A DNA stretch of 64,000 bases from Lama guanicoe (taxonomy: Eukaryota): assembly GCA_013239625.1 (NCBI GenBank), contig MU056050.1:7606773-7670772 (forward strand). The letters are read 5' to 3'. The notes under the pieces are model-generated. The model was not told where the DNA came from, searched no databases, and was given only the letters and a program-made list of their open reading frames with translations. This document shows positions 25,701 to 35,200 of this stretch, one piece after another. Positions within the stretch are counted from its first letter, which is position 1; the number at the start of each line of letters is the position of its first letter. The translations under genes and the position numbers were made by a program.

Positions 25701-28700
25701 AGTCAGTGCATGTATTCTCTCCCCTTTTTCTAGCTCCGTGAAGAATTTGATCAAGGTCTGGATGTAGTGCTGGATGACACTCAGAATGTCCATGATGTGG
25801 CTGCACTTCTCAAGGAATTTTTCCGTGACATGAAGGACTCCCTGCTGCCAGATGATCTGTACATGTCCTTCCTCCTGACAGCAAGTTAGTCTTCTGCTTT
25901 CCCTTGTTGGGCAAGGGAAGGAAATAGTACAGGGATTGTGGGGGTCTGGGGACAGAACTCAGGCTGCAAGACCTCAAGAAACTAAGGCAGAAAGAACATC
26001 AGAAGATGAAAACACCTCTCTGGATTCCATTATAAGTCTGTTGTTTGGAAATTTCTCTAGAGCTTCTTGAAGCTGTGTGTGCTCTCTTAGGGCAAAGAAG
26101 AACCTAGGTTCTGTAGAGGGGATCTGATTTTGATGGGAGCTGTTATTTGCTTTTAGGGCTCCTGAACTCAAGTGCTTTGGGAATGAGCAAAGGAAAGATG
26201 CCTGGGTACTATCTCCATAGCCTTCAGCAATTTTCAACCAGAATCACATCTCTCTTTGTATCAGGTTGCTACCAAAGCTAGCCCCCTAAGCCAGCCCCGG
26301 TTTTCCTTTCTCTAGCTCTGAAGCCGCAGGATCAGCTTTCTGCCCTGCAACTGCTGGTTTACCTGATGCCTCCCTGCCACAGTGACACCCTGGAGCGTCT
26401 GCTGAAGGCCCTGCATAAGATCACTGAGAACTGCGAGGACTCCATTGGCATTGATGGACAGTTGGTAAAAAGCCCTGGGAAAGGATAGTGAGAGCTATAG
26501 TAGGGGACATGCATGGAGTATATGTGACAGAGACAGAGACAAAGACAAAGGGAAACAAGAACAAAAAGAGACATTTCTATTTGTATAACTTCCATTACTG
26601 CTTCAGAGTTGATCATTTTTTTCTATCCTTTATCCAGATTTCAGGCAATCGTATGACTTCCACCAATTTGGCCTTGGTGTTTGGATCTGCTCTCCTGAAG
26701 AGGGGGAATTCTGCCAAGAGGGAGTCCAGGAAAACAAAACTGGGGATTGACCACTATGTTGCTTCTGTCAATGTGGTCCGTGCCATGATTGATAACTGGG
26801 ATGTCCTCTTCCAGGTAGGTGGAAGCTTTGGACACACTTATTTCACTGTCTCCTGTTCACAAGGCAAGGAAGCATTCTACATGTAACCCTAAGGTCACCC
26901 AAAGCAGGCAGCCATAAATCTCCCAATCTAGAAATTCTTCCTACATTTTTTGGTCATGGTGCCTTCAGTTCTGGGTACCTGACAGAGATGAGTATAAATT
27001 TAAAAATTGTTATGTAATAAAGTCTAAAATTGCTAATTTTACCCTCAGGTGCCTCCCCATATTCAGAGGCAGGTTGCTAAGCGTGTGTGGAAATCCAGTC
27101 CTGAAGCCCTTGATTTTATCAGACGCAGGAATTTGAGGAAGATCCAGTGAGTGTTTTCCTGGTTTGTCCACACTTAGCCTGAAGGAGAATTCCCTATGGG
27201 GGCTTCCAACCTCAGGCCATCTTTATGTTAGTCAACCCAAGCATACAAACTGACTTACTTTTCAAATTCATTCCCCTTCAGGAGTGCACGAATAAAGATG
27301 GAAGAGGATGCTTTACTTTCTGATCCAGTGGAAAACTCTGCTGAAGCCCAGGCTGCTGTCCTTGCTCAAAGCAAGCCCTTTGATGAAGGTCAGTTCCCTG
27401 CTGGAGGTCAGACCCTTGCTGAAGGTCAGGCCCTTGCTGAAGGTCAATCCCTTGGTGAAGGTCAGGCCCTTCCTGAAGGCCAGGTCCTTACTGAAGATGA
27501 ACCCCTTGAGGAAGATGAGTCCTCTGAGGAAGATGTGTCAGTCAATGAAGAACTAGTATTTGAGTATCTCAATCAAGGGGTAGTCTTTGGTGAAGTCCAA
27601 GGTATTGAGATTCCAAATGACCTTGAAATTCAAGGCCCACATCTCGAAGGCATTCCAGAGCTTGATGAAGAAGAAGAAGAAGAAGAAGAAGAAGAAGAAG
27701 AAGAAGAAGAAGAAGAAGAAGAAGAAGAAGAAGAAGAAGAAGAAGAAGAAGAAGAAGAAGAAGAAGAAGAAGAAGAAGAAGATGATGATGATGATGATGA
27801 CGATGATGATACCCTGAATTTTGATGATCTTCCTCCTTTTGAGGACATTCTAGACCCTGATGATGAAATTCCAGAACTATTTGAAATCCCAGACTTTGAA
27901 GAAATACCATATTTTGATATGGTTCCAGATCCTGAAGGAGCTCCAGATGTGCAAGAAATCCCAAACCCTGGAGAAAACCCAAACCACGACCTTGAAGAAG
28001 GGCCAGATTTTGAAGACTACCAAAATCTTGGCCTTGCAGAAGTTCCATATCTTGATGTAATCCTGAACAATGAAGAAGCCTCAGATACTGATGAAATCCC
28101 AGACCATGCAGATCACTCAGATAATGATGAAAACCCAGATTCTGAAGAAGATCCCAATCTTGAAGAGGTCCAAGCTCTTGGTGAAATCCCAAATGATGAA
28201 GCCTCAAATGCTGAAGAAATTCCAGACCATGAAGAAGCCCCAGAGGTCAATGGGATTTCAGACTTTGATGAAGACCTTGATTTTGATGAAGTCCCAGCTC
28301 TTCATGTGGTCCCAAGCCCTGAAGAAGCCCCTGGTGGTCATGCAATCCCAAATCATGAAGCATCTCCACAGGTTAATGGACTCTCAGACTCTGAAGAAGA
28401 CCCAAATCTTGAAGAGATTCCAGCTCTTGATGGAGTCCCAAATGATGAAGAAACCTCAGATACTGAAGAAATTCCAGATCATGAAGACACTCCAGAAATC
28501 AATGGAATTCCAGGCTCTGAAGAGGTCCCAGCTCTCCATATGGTAACGAGCCCTGAAGATGTCTCCAATTTTGATGAAATTCAAAGCCAGGAAGAATCCT
28601 CAGATGTGAGTGGAGTTACAGACAATGAAGAAGCCTCAGATGCTGAAGAAATCCCAGGACATGAAGAAGCCTCTGGTGTCAGTGGAATCCAAGACTCCAA

Positions 28701-29698
28701 AGAAAACCCCAATCTTGAAGAAGACTCAGTTCTCAGTGTAGTTCCAGAACCCGAGGATGCTCAAATTCACAACGAAATTTCAGATTCTCAGAAAGACCTA
28801 GCCAACACTTTTGAAGAAGATGAAATTACCAGTGTTGCTCCAGAGACTGAAGATGTCTCCCTTCTCAGTACAATTCCAGACCCTCAGCCAGATCTAGCCA
28901 TCCACCTTGAAGAAATTATGAATGTGGAAGCAATTCCAATGCCTAATAATCTTGACTCTAAAGAAGTTCAGAATCCAAAGTCAATTCAGTTCTGTAAAGA
29001 TGATGCAGATGTTACATTTCCTGTAGATACCACCTTCCTTAAAAACAAGTCTCAACCTGGCCAAGTCATGAACTACAAGTCCTCCTCAGAGTCATTGAAG
29101 ACCGATACCTGCTTTCTCCTGTCCATGAAGTACTGTAAGCTTCCAGCTCCAGCTTTGTTACTCATTTGCTTGGTAAAGTTAGTCAGGCTGGTTGTAGGGT
29201 GGTGGTGGTTGTTAGGAGGCCACCCAGTCCCCCGCTTTCCTGGTGGTTTTGCCCATTTTCTCTAAGCACGGGGTATCTGTCTCACTCTTTCTGTTCTCTA
29301 ACCTGGCCCTGCCCTCCTGCCTGCCCTGCCACTAGCTTCCACAGTGGGCCTAGATTTAGAGATCTATGTTCTACTGTTAGGCTGCAGTTTTCTTACATGT
29401 CAAATGGGGATAATGATTTCTGCCCTAACCTCTTGCCTCACACTGTAGTTGAAGCTCAAAATTAGGTTTTAGTCTCTTGGGTGCTGTGCAAAGTATGAAG
29501 TCTAGAAACATAAGGTGTTAACATTGTTACTATTTTCCAGGTTCCTCTGAGGAGCCAGCTGTGCCTCCCGGCACTGCCCGTTCCCATGACGATGAGGAAG
29601 GAGCGGGTAACCCCCCCATTCCGGAGCAAGACCGCCCATTGCTCCGTGTACCCCGGGAGAAGGAGGCCAAAACTGGCATCGGCTACTTCTTTCACTAG
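22534..29698 (+). CDS. ARHGAP36: Rho GTPase-activating protein 36 (atypical RhoGAP, PKA inhibitor / Hedgehog activator); spliced CDS join(22534..22786,24022..24087,24596..24831,25073..25265,25450..25505,25734..25884,26316..26464,26638..26814,27049..27146,27282..27388,29541..29698)
   Basis: Translation [21 protein letters not shown]...[23 protein letters not shown]...[12 protein letters not shown] matches the ARHGAP36 sequence I recognise. All 10 introns are GT-AG with consistent phases. Exon lengths sum to 1644 nt = 547 aa + stop. Confidence 0.96.
22790..23800. promoter_or_regulatory. Intronic CpG island after coding exon 1, candidate internal promoter for N-terminally truncated isoforms
   Basis: CpG-rich; TATAAA near 23071; the promoter role is inference. 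Confidence 0.5.
24022..24087 (+). CDS. ARHGAP36: ARHGAP36 coding exon 2 ([22 protein letters not shown])
   Basis: Pyrimidine tract plus CATAG acceptor; donor AGGG|GTGAGG; 66 nt, phase 1-1. Confidence 0.93.
24596..24831 (+). CDS. ARHGAP36: ARHGAP36 coding exon 3 (Arg-rich region, ...[11 protein letters not shown])
   Basis: CTCAG acceptor; donor CGA|GTGAGT; 236 nt. Confidence 0.94.
25073..25265 (+). CDS. ARHGAP36: ARHGAP36 coding exon 4 ([14 protein letters not shown]...FIEKY)
   Basis: CCGCAG acceptor; donor TATG|GTAAGG; 193 nt. Confidence 0.94.
25450..25505 (+). CDS. ARHGAP36: ARHGAP36 coding exon 5 ([19 protein letters not shown]; RhoGAP finger loop)
   Basis: TTTCAG acceptor; donor GAG|GTAAAT; 56 nt. 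Confidence 0.93.
25734..25884 (+). CDS. ARHGAP36: ARHGAP36 coding exon 6 (LREEFDQG...[20 protein letters not shown]...)
   Basis: RhoGAP core motif; TTCTAG acceptor; donor GCAA|GTTAGT; 151 nt. Confidence 0.94.
26316..26464 (+). CDS. ARHGAP36: ARHGAP36 coding exon 7 ([13 protein letters not shown]...GIDGQL)
   Basis: CTCTAG acceptor; donor TTG|GTAAAA; 149 nt. Confidence 0.93.
26638..26814 (+). CDS. ARHGAP36: ARHGAP36 coding exon 8 ([16 protein letters not shown]...WDVLFQ)
   Basis: RhoGAP NxMxxxNLAxVFG motif; ATCCAG acceptor; donor CAG|GTAGGT; 177 nt. Confidence 0.95.
27049..27146 (+). CDS. ARHGAP36: ARHGAP36 coding exon 9 ([14 protein letters not shown]...RKIQ)
   Basis: CCTCAG acceptor; donor CA|GTGAGT; 98 nt. 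Confidence 0.93.
27282..27388 (+). CDS. ARHGAP36: ARHGAP36 coding exon 10, canonical short form ([12 protein letters not shown]...SKPFDE)
   Basis: CTTCAG acceptor; donor GAAG|GTCAGT, phase 1, gives ...[11 protein letters not shown] when joined to 29541. Confidence 0.88.
27376..27537 (+). repeat. Degenerate 18-nt tandem repeat (about 9 units, consensus near NCCCTTGCTGAAGGTCAG) spanning the exon 10 donor
   Basis: Units read [48 protein letters not shown]. Confidence 0.9.
27389..29265 (+). CDS. Putative alternative coding extension of exon 10: in-frame acidic hexapeptide-repeat ORF inside the last intron
   Basis: Frame is open from exon 10 to TAA 29263-29265 (ORF track 27298..29265, 655 aa); 6-aa periodic E/D/P-rich repeats; synonymous differences between repeat copies. 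Confidence 0.62.
27667..27810 (+). repeat. (GAA)38 followed by (GAT)6GAC(GAT)3 trinucleotide tract (E38D10 in the open frame)
   Basis: Counted directly: 114 nt of pure GAA at 27667-27780. Confidence 0.97.
29541..29698 (+). CDS. ARHGAP36: ARHGAP36 last coding exon ([20 protein letters not shown]...YFFH*)
   Basis: TTTTCCAG acceptor; TAG 29696-29698. Confidence 0.94.
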
Positions 29699-30726
29699 AT
29701 GTTTTTCCTTCTATATGGTGCCAGACAGGGGAAAAGGGTGGGGGTAGACCTGGGATGCCACAGGAAACATTAAGGAGAGTCTTGAAGGTAAAGACCTGAG
29801 GGTCAGAAGGAGTTCCGCCTGATGCTCGGGTCAGGATGAGAATTCCAGACACACTGCCAGCCCCTTCACTGGGGATGCTTGGTCCCTTCAGCTGGTAAAA
29901 ACAGAGATGTTTCTGTGTCATGCCCAGGCGCCCTGGTGCTACCTTGCCTCTCTCTTTTACCCCTGATCCTGGCTTTCCCTTACTACAGCCGTTTCTTTAA
30001 TTGATGTGACATTTGTGGTAAACATCTGCCCCAGAGAAGCCCACAAATCTCGAGGTGCTTTCCCTCCCCCAAAGGGGATTGCATGCTTTACCTGACTTTC
30101 CTACCCCCCTCCTAAGAGCTCAATTGGAAAGGCCCTCAAGAGGCATGCTAGGACGTTAGGTCAGCCTGCTGACAGCTGACAAACAATTAATGCTGAACCA
30201 TGTCACACCAACTCATAGCCATGTCCCCGCAGCAACTCTGCCACCTCAGGATAATCTTTTCCAAATTATTTAGACAAATGGCTCGACAAACAGCCACTCC
30301 CCAAATCCTGAGAAACCTAACTAGCTTTTCTGGGGTCAAAAGTTAGAGGAAAAATTTGATTTCATTAACTAGATCTGTTTTACAGACAGCTGGCAATCAC
30401 ATCCTGTTGTCAGCAAAACAGCTAGTTAGGTATGGACACATAGTTCTAAGTAGTAAAATTCACCTGATTACAAATGTTCTTAAATATCGTCTCTGTAGTT
30501 CCTCTATGCAGGACGGTACAAATTTGCGGGACATGCTCTGGTAAAACACAGATATGGGTTATGTATGACATCCAAAATTATAGCTGTTATTGATGGATAA
30601 CAACTGCTAAGGTCCATAAAATGAAGAATGTATTGTATTGAGGGATAGAAATTGATCACATGATGGGTAACAACCACAGAGCTCGAAGATTTGTGATTGT
30701 TAAAACTTCTCTGGCGTTTAATCATT

Positions 30727-30732
30727 AATAAA
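30727..30732 (+). terminator. Polyadenylation signal of ARHGAP36 (3' UTR about 1 kb)
   Basis: AATAAA followed about 35-50 nt later by GU/U-rich TGTGTTGTTTTT. Confidence 0.7.
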
Positions 30733-30829
30733 CATCTGTGTTGTGACAGCAGCATATTCCTGGCTTACTGTGTTGTTTTTTCTTTTAATCTGAAATTTTG
30801 TTGGTGAGTTGGGAAGCTCTGACTGGAGC

Positions 30830-31280
30830 TGAGGGGGAAAGAGAGATGGGGGAGAGGAATAAAAGAATAGAGAGTGATGTGGAATAAAAGGGGTGACATG
30901 CTATAAAGGGATTGAATGAATAGAATAAAGGGGAAGGGTGATATGGAATAAAAGAATGGAGAAAATGGAATGGGGTGAGGTGGAATAGGGGGGTGATGTG
31001 GAATAAAGGAGGGAGTGATTGGGAATAGAGGGATGGATGAGGTGGGATAAGGGGATGGAGAGAAATGGAATAAGGCAGTGAGGTGGGATAAGGGGGATGA
31101 TGTGAGATAAAAGAGAATGAAATGGAAGAAAGGGGAGGAGCTGTAACTGAATAAAGAGAATGGAAGGGTTAAAGTAGAATAAATTGTTAAAGAGGGATGA
31201 AGGAGAGATAGGGGAAAGGAATAAGGCTTAATAGGAAGGTATCTAAAAGGGAAAAGGAGGGGAATAAGGGGTGAGATCAC
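30830..31280 (+). repeat. Purine-rich degenerate tandem repeat (GGAATAAAGGGG-like units)
   Basis: Nearly C-free G/A tract downstream of the polyA site. Confidence 0.85.
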
Positions 31281-33069
31281 TAGGTATTCTCAGCTGAGGA
31301 ATTCTCCCTCGTCTGGTCAAAAATGAAAACCTAGAAACATATGGGGACATGATTTCCAAGGGTAAGAGAAGAACATGATGCTGTTCGATTGATGGAACCA
31401 CCAGTCTTTTCCTGAATGCTTAAGACTTCATGATATGCTTGGAAATTTTCCATATCAGGGGCAGGGCCCCAGAAAGTGGAACGGTGTGCATTATTTATTT
31501 TAGCACACTGTGCTTTAGGATATTTCCTTGTGTAGAGCTTTACAGACAGAAGAAATGTAATATTGGGTCCCTCCTATAAGTATTATTATTTTATAATTAT
31601 AATGATAGTTAACACACATTGATTTCTTTGAAATGTGTTTAAAGCTTTGCATGCATCATTTTATTTAATATTCACAACAACTCTATGAGATATGTATTAT
31701 CGTCATCCTCATTTTCTTCTCGAGGAGAATGAGATACAGAGAGGTCCAATAATTTGCCCTAATTATACATCTGGTTAGTGGAAAACAGCCAGTCTGCAAA
31801 GCTGAAGTATTTATCAACTAGATTATCCTGGTTTATCCATTTTAGGATTCTTCTTCTGACATAAAGATGCATTGTGATGTCTGCAGTCAGTTCTTCAGTT
31901 GGGGTTTGCACTTTTAACAAGCAAGCTTCAGGTTCCTTTTTTTTAGGCCCTTTCTCCAGACAAGCTGTTAGACAAGAGCTGTGACGTCTCAGACAGACCC
32001 TAGCAGTTATATTTCAGACTCACAGATATTAAAGCCAGTGGAAAATGTAGAGTTCATCCATTCCAACTCTCTATTATATGAATGGTCACACTAGGGCTCA
32101 TATTTGGAAAGGATTTACCTGAGGTCAGAGATCTGGATTAAGATTCAGACAGGCCTTCTGACTGCCATTCCAGGACTTTATGGAACCAAAATAGTACAAT
32201 GTGTCCCTGAGAGAGTTTACCTGCTTAAAAACAAATAAACCAGATAACAAACAAGCAAGTAGATTGCTTTAAGACGTACACTTCACTTCTTGGCCTTCTC
32301 TGAAACCAGGTTTTCTCCTGATCTTACTGCTTCCCCTATATTACTTCCCAGTGCTGACTACCAACCAAGGGATTGGGACTGAAAGTGGTGAGTAGATGTG
32401 GGCATTATCCTTAACTTTCTCTGTACTCTAAGGGCCAGGTCAACATGCTTCCTAGACTCTCCAAGTCTTGTCCTCATCCTAGGTGACCTCAGCAATATCT
32501 ATGTGGAAGACTCATCCCACACAATCTAGGTTTCCATCCTTTAACTTCTTAGCACCTCAACCACCTGCAGTCACTTGGCATCACTGGGCATGTCTTCATA
32601 TCTAAGAGACTAAACTCCAGTATTCTATCATGACTCAAATTGCCTAACTGGCTGGATCCCACATCATCTGCTATTTGGCTTTGTTGAGATGTCCAGTGCC
32701 TCAAGGCTTTTATTTTCTCTTGAATTACCTTCTTTCCTTATCCAGGCAGGATCTCAGGGCATATTAATTTAGAACTAAGTGTGTCTTCATCCCCTTGCCC
32801 TCGAAATACTATGTCTGTGCTATTTACTCTCAGCCTTGTGTCCCTCCAAACATCTAATTTCTCCAATCTCATAATGACCACTGTGAGAGAAAGTAGCCCT
32901 CCAAATATCGGTATATCTTATTATTAGATTTCTAGCCTCACCTGGGGCCACTCAGTGATCTTTTTGCAAGCCCCAGATCATGTCCTTCTCTAATTCTTCT
33001 CCCACTCGTATTCCATTTCTACATCATTCCCGTCAAGCAACAGCCTCTTTCATTCTAACTCACCCCTAA

Positions 33070-35200
33070 TACATCCTTTCTTCTCCTTTACGCTTGTTTA
33101 TTTTCCTCTTCTTTTTCTAGTTTCTTTAGATAGAAACTTAGATTATTGATTTTCTCTTTTCTAATGTAAACATTCAGTGCTTTAGCAGTGTACCACAAGT
33201 TTTGATATGTTGTATTTTCATTCAATTCAATACATATTTTTTCTTTCCTTTGAGATTTTCTCATTGTCCAATGGATTATTTAGAAGGTTTAGTTTCCAAT
33301 TGTTTTGAGATTTTTCTGTTATCTTTCTGTGATTGATTTATAGTGCTGCCTGGCTAACCTGTTGTAGGTGGGACTTTGACTTGATCCAGAAAAAGAATGA
33401 GCTTACCTGGACCACCTTCTGTTTCTAAACCTAATTTTTACATTTCATTTAGGTTGTCTAATTTGTTAGTCTATAGTTGTTCATCATATTCTCTTATAAT
33501 CTTTCATTTCTGTAACGTGGCTAGTAATGACCCACTTTCATTTCTGTTTATAGTTCTTTGTGTCTTCTTTCTTTGTTCTTAGTCTAACTAAAGTTTTGTC
33601 AATTTTGTTGATCTTTTCAAAGAACAAACTATTGGTTATGTGATTATCTATTTTTTTGTATTCTCTGTTAAATTTATCTCTGATTTAATATTTATTATTT
33701 TCTTCCTTTTTACAATTTTTGTTTAATTTTCACTTCTTTTTAGTTCCTTCAAGTGAAACATTAATTTATTGATTTGAGTTCCTTCTTTTTATTTATTTTA
33801 TTATTTACATTTTTTATTGAATTATAGTCATTTTACAATGTTGTGTCAAATTCCAGTGTAGAGCACAATTTTTCAGTTATACGTAAATGAATATATTCAT
33901 TGTCACATTTTTTTTTGCTGTGAGCAACCATAAGATCTTGTATATATTTACCTGTGCTATACAGTATAATCTTGTTTATATATTCCACATTTTGAAATTC
34001 CAGTCTGTCCCTTCCCAACCCCTCCCCTTTGGCAACCACAAGTTTGTATTCTATGTCTATGAGTCTGCTTCTGTTTTGTATTTATACTTTTTTGTTTGTT
34101 TGTTTTTGTTTTTTAGATTCCACATATAAGCGATCTCATATGGTATTTTTCTTTCTCTTTCTGGCTTACTTCATTTAGAATGACATTCTCCAGTCCAGAC
34201 TTCTGTTTTGTATTTATACTTTTTTGTTTGTTTGTTTTTGTTTTTTAGATTCCACATATAAGCGATCTCATATGGTATTTTTCTTTCTCTTTCTGGCTTA
34301 CTTCATTTAGAATGACATTCTCCAGGGACATCTATGTTGCTGCAAATGGCATTATGTTGTCATTTTTTATGGCTGAATAGTATTCCATTGTATAAATATA
34401 CCACTTCTTCTTTATCCAGTCATCTGTTGATGGACATTTAGACTGTTTCCACACTTTGGGTACTGTAAATAGTGCTGCTATGAACATTGGGGTGCAGGTG
34501 TCTTTTTGAAGTAGGGTTCCTTCTGGATATATGCCCAGGAGTGGGATTCCTGGGTCATATGGTAAGTCTATTCCTAGTCTGAGTTCCTTCTTTTTAAACG
34601 TAGGTATTAGCAGCTATATATTTTTCTCTGAGTGCTGCTTACTCTAAGTTTTGGTATGATGTGTTTTCCTACCAACTTTCTAATTTTCCTTTTGATTTCC
34701 TCTTTGACACATTGGTTGAGTGTGTTATTTATTTTCTACATATTTGTGAATTTTGTAGTTTTCCTTCTGTTACTGATTTCTAGTTTCATTCCATTGTTGC
34801 CAGAGAAGATACTTTGTAAGATTTCAAACTTTTAATGTTTATTGAGTATGACTTTGTGGCCTAATATATGGTCTATCCTGGAAAATGTTCCATGTGCATT
34901 TGAGAAAAATGTATGTTCTGCTTTTTAAGAATTTAAAAATCCATAGATATCTGTTAGGTCTAGTTGGTTTATAATGTTATTCAAGTCCCCTATTTCCTTA
35001 CTGATCTTCTGTTTTGCTGTTTTATCCATTGTTTAGTGGCATATTTAACACATTTGATTTAAAATCTTTGTCTAGAAAGTTTCATGTTTTAATCAAAGAC
35101 AATTTCTCTTAATTTCTTTTTCCTTCTCTTGTGAATAGGCCACAATTCCTCATTTCTTTTTATGTCTTGTAATTTTTTGAAATTTGGACATCTTGAATAT
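33070..35200 (-). mobile_element. Old, decayed L1 ORF2 fragments interrupted by a younger L1
   Basis: T-rich L1 antisense phrases (GGTCTATCCTGGAAAATGTTCCATGTGCATTTGAGAA); boundaries approximate. Confidence 0.7.
33792..34579 (-). mobile_element. Young 5'-truncated L1 with an internal 126-bp tandem duplication
   Basis: 17-bp TSD TGAGTTCCTTCTTTTTA (33775-33791, 34580-34596). Confidence 0.9.

Noticed and set aside
27569..28207. Poly-Lys, poly-Ser and poly-Leu ORFs in other frames
   Set aside because: They are alternative readings of the (GAA)38 tract, not independent genes.
27376..28920. 18-nt periodic repeats as a CRISPR-like array
   Set aside because: Eukaryotic context, no constant repeat with unique spacers; it is a degenerate coding-type minisatellite.
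27298..29265. The 655-aa ORF as an independent single-exon gene
   Set aside because: Its first 30 codons are ARHGAP36 exon 10 (internal Met) and no separate promoter is evident. It is better explained as an extension of ARHGAP36.
29135..29265. Hydrophobic C-terminal tail of the long ORF as a transmembrane anchor
   Set aside because: It lies past the candidate distal donor, has intron-like composition and is interrupted by K/R. Support is insufficient.
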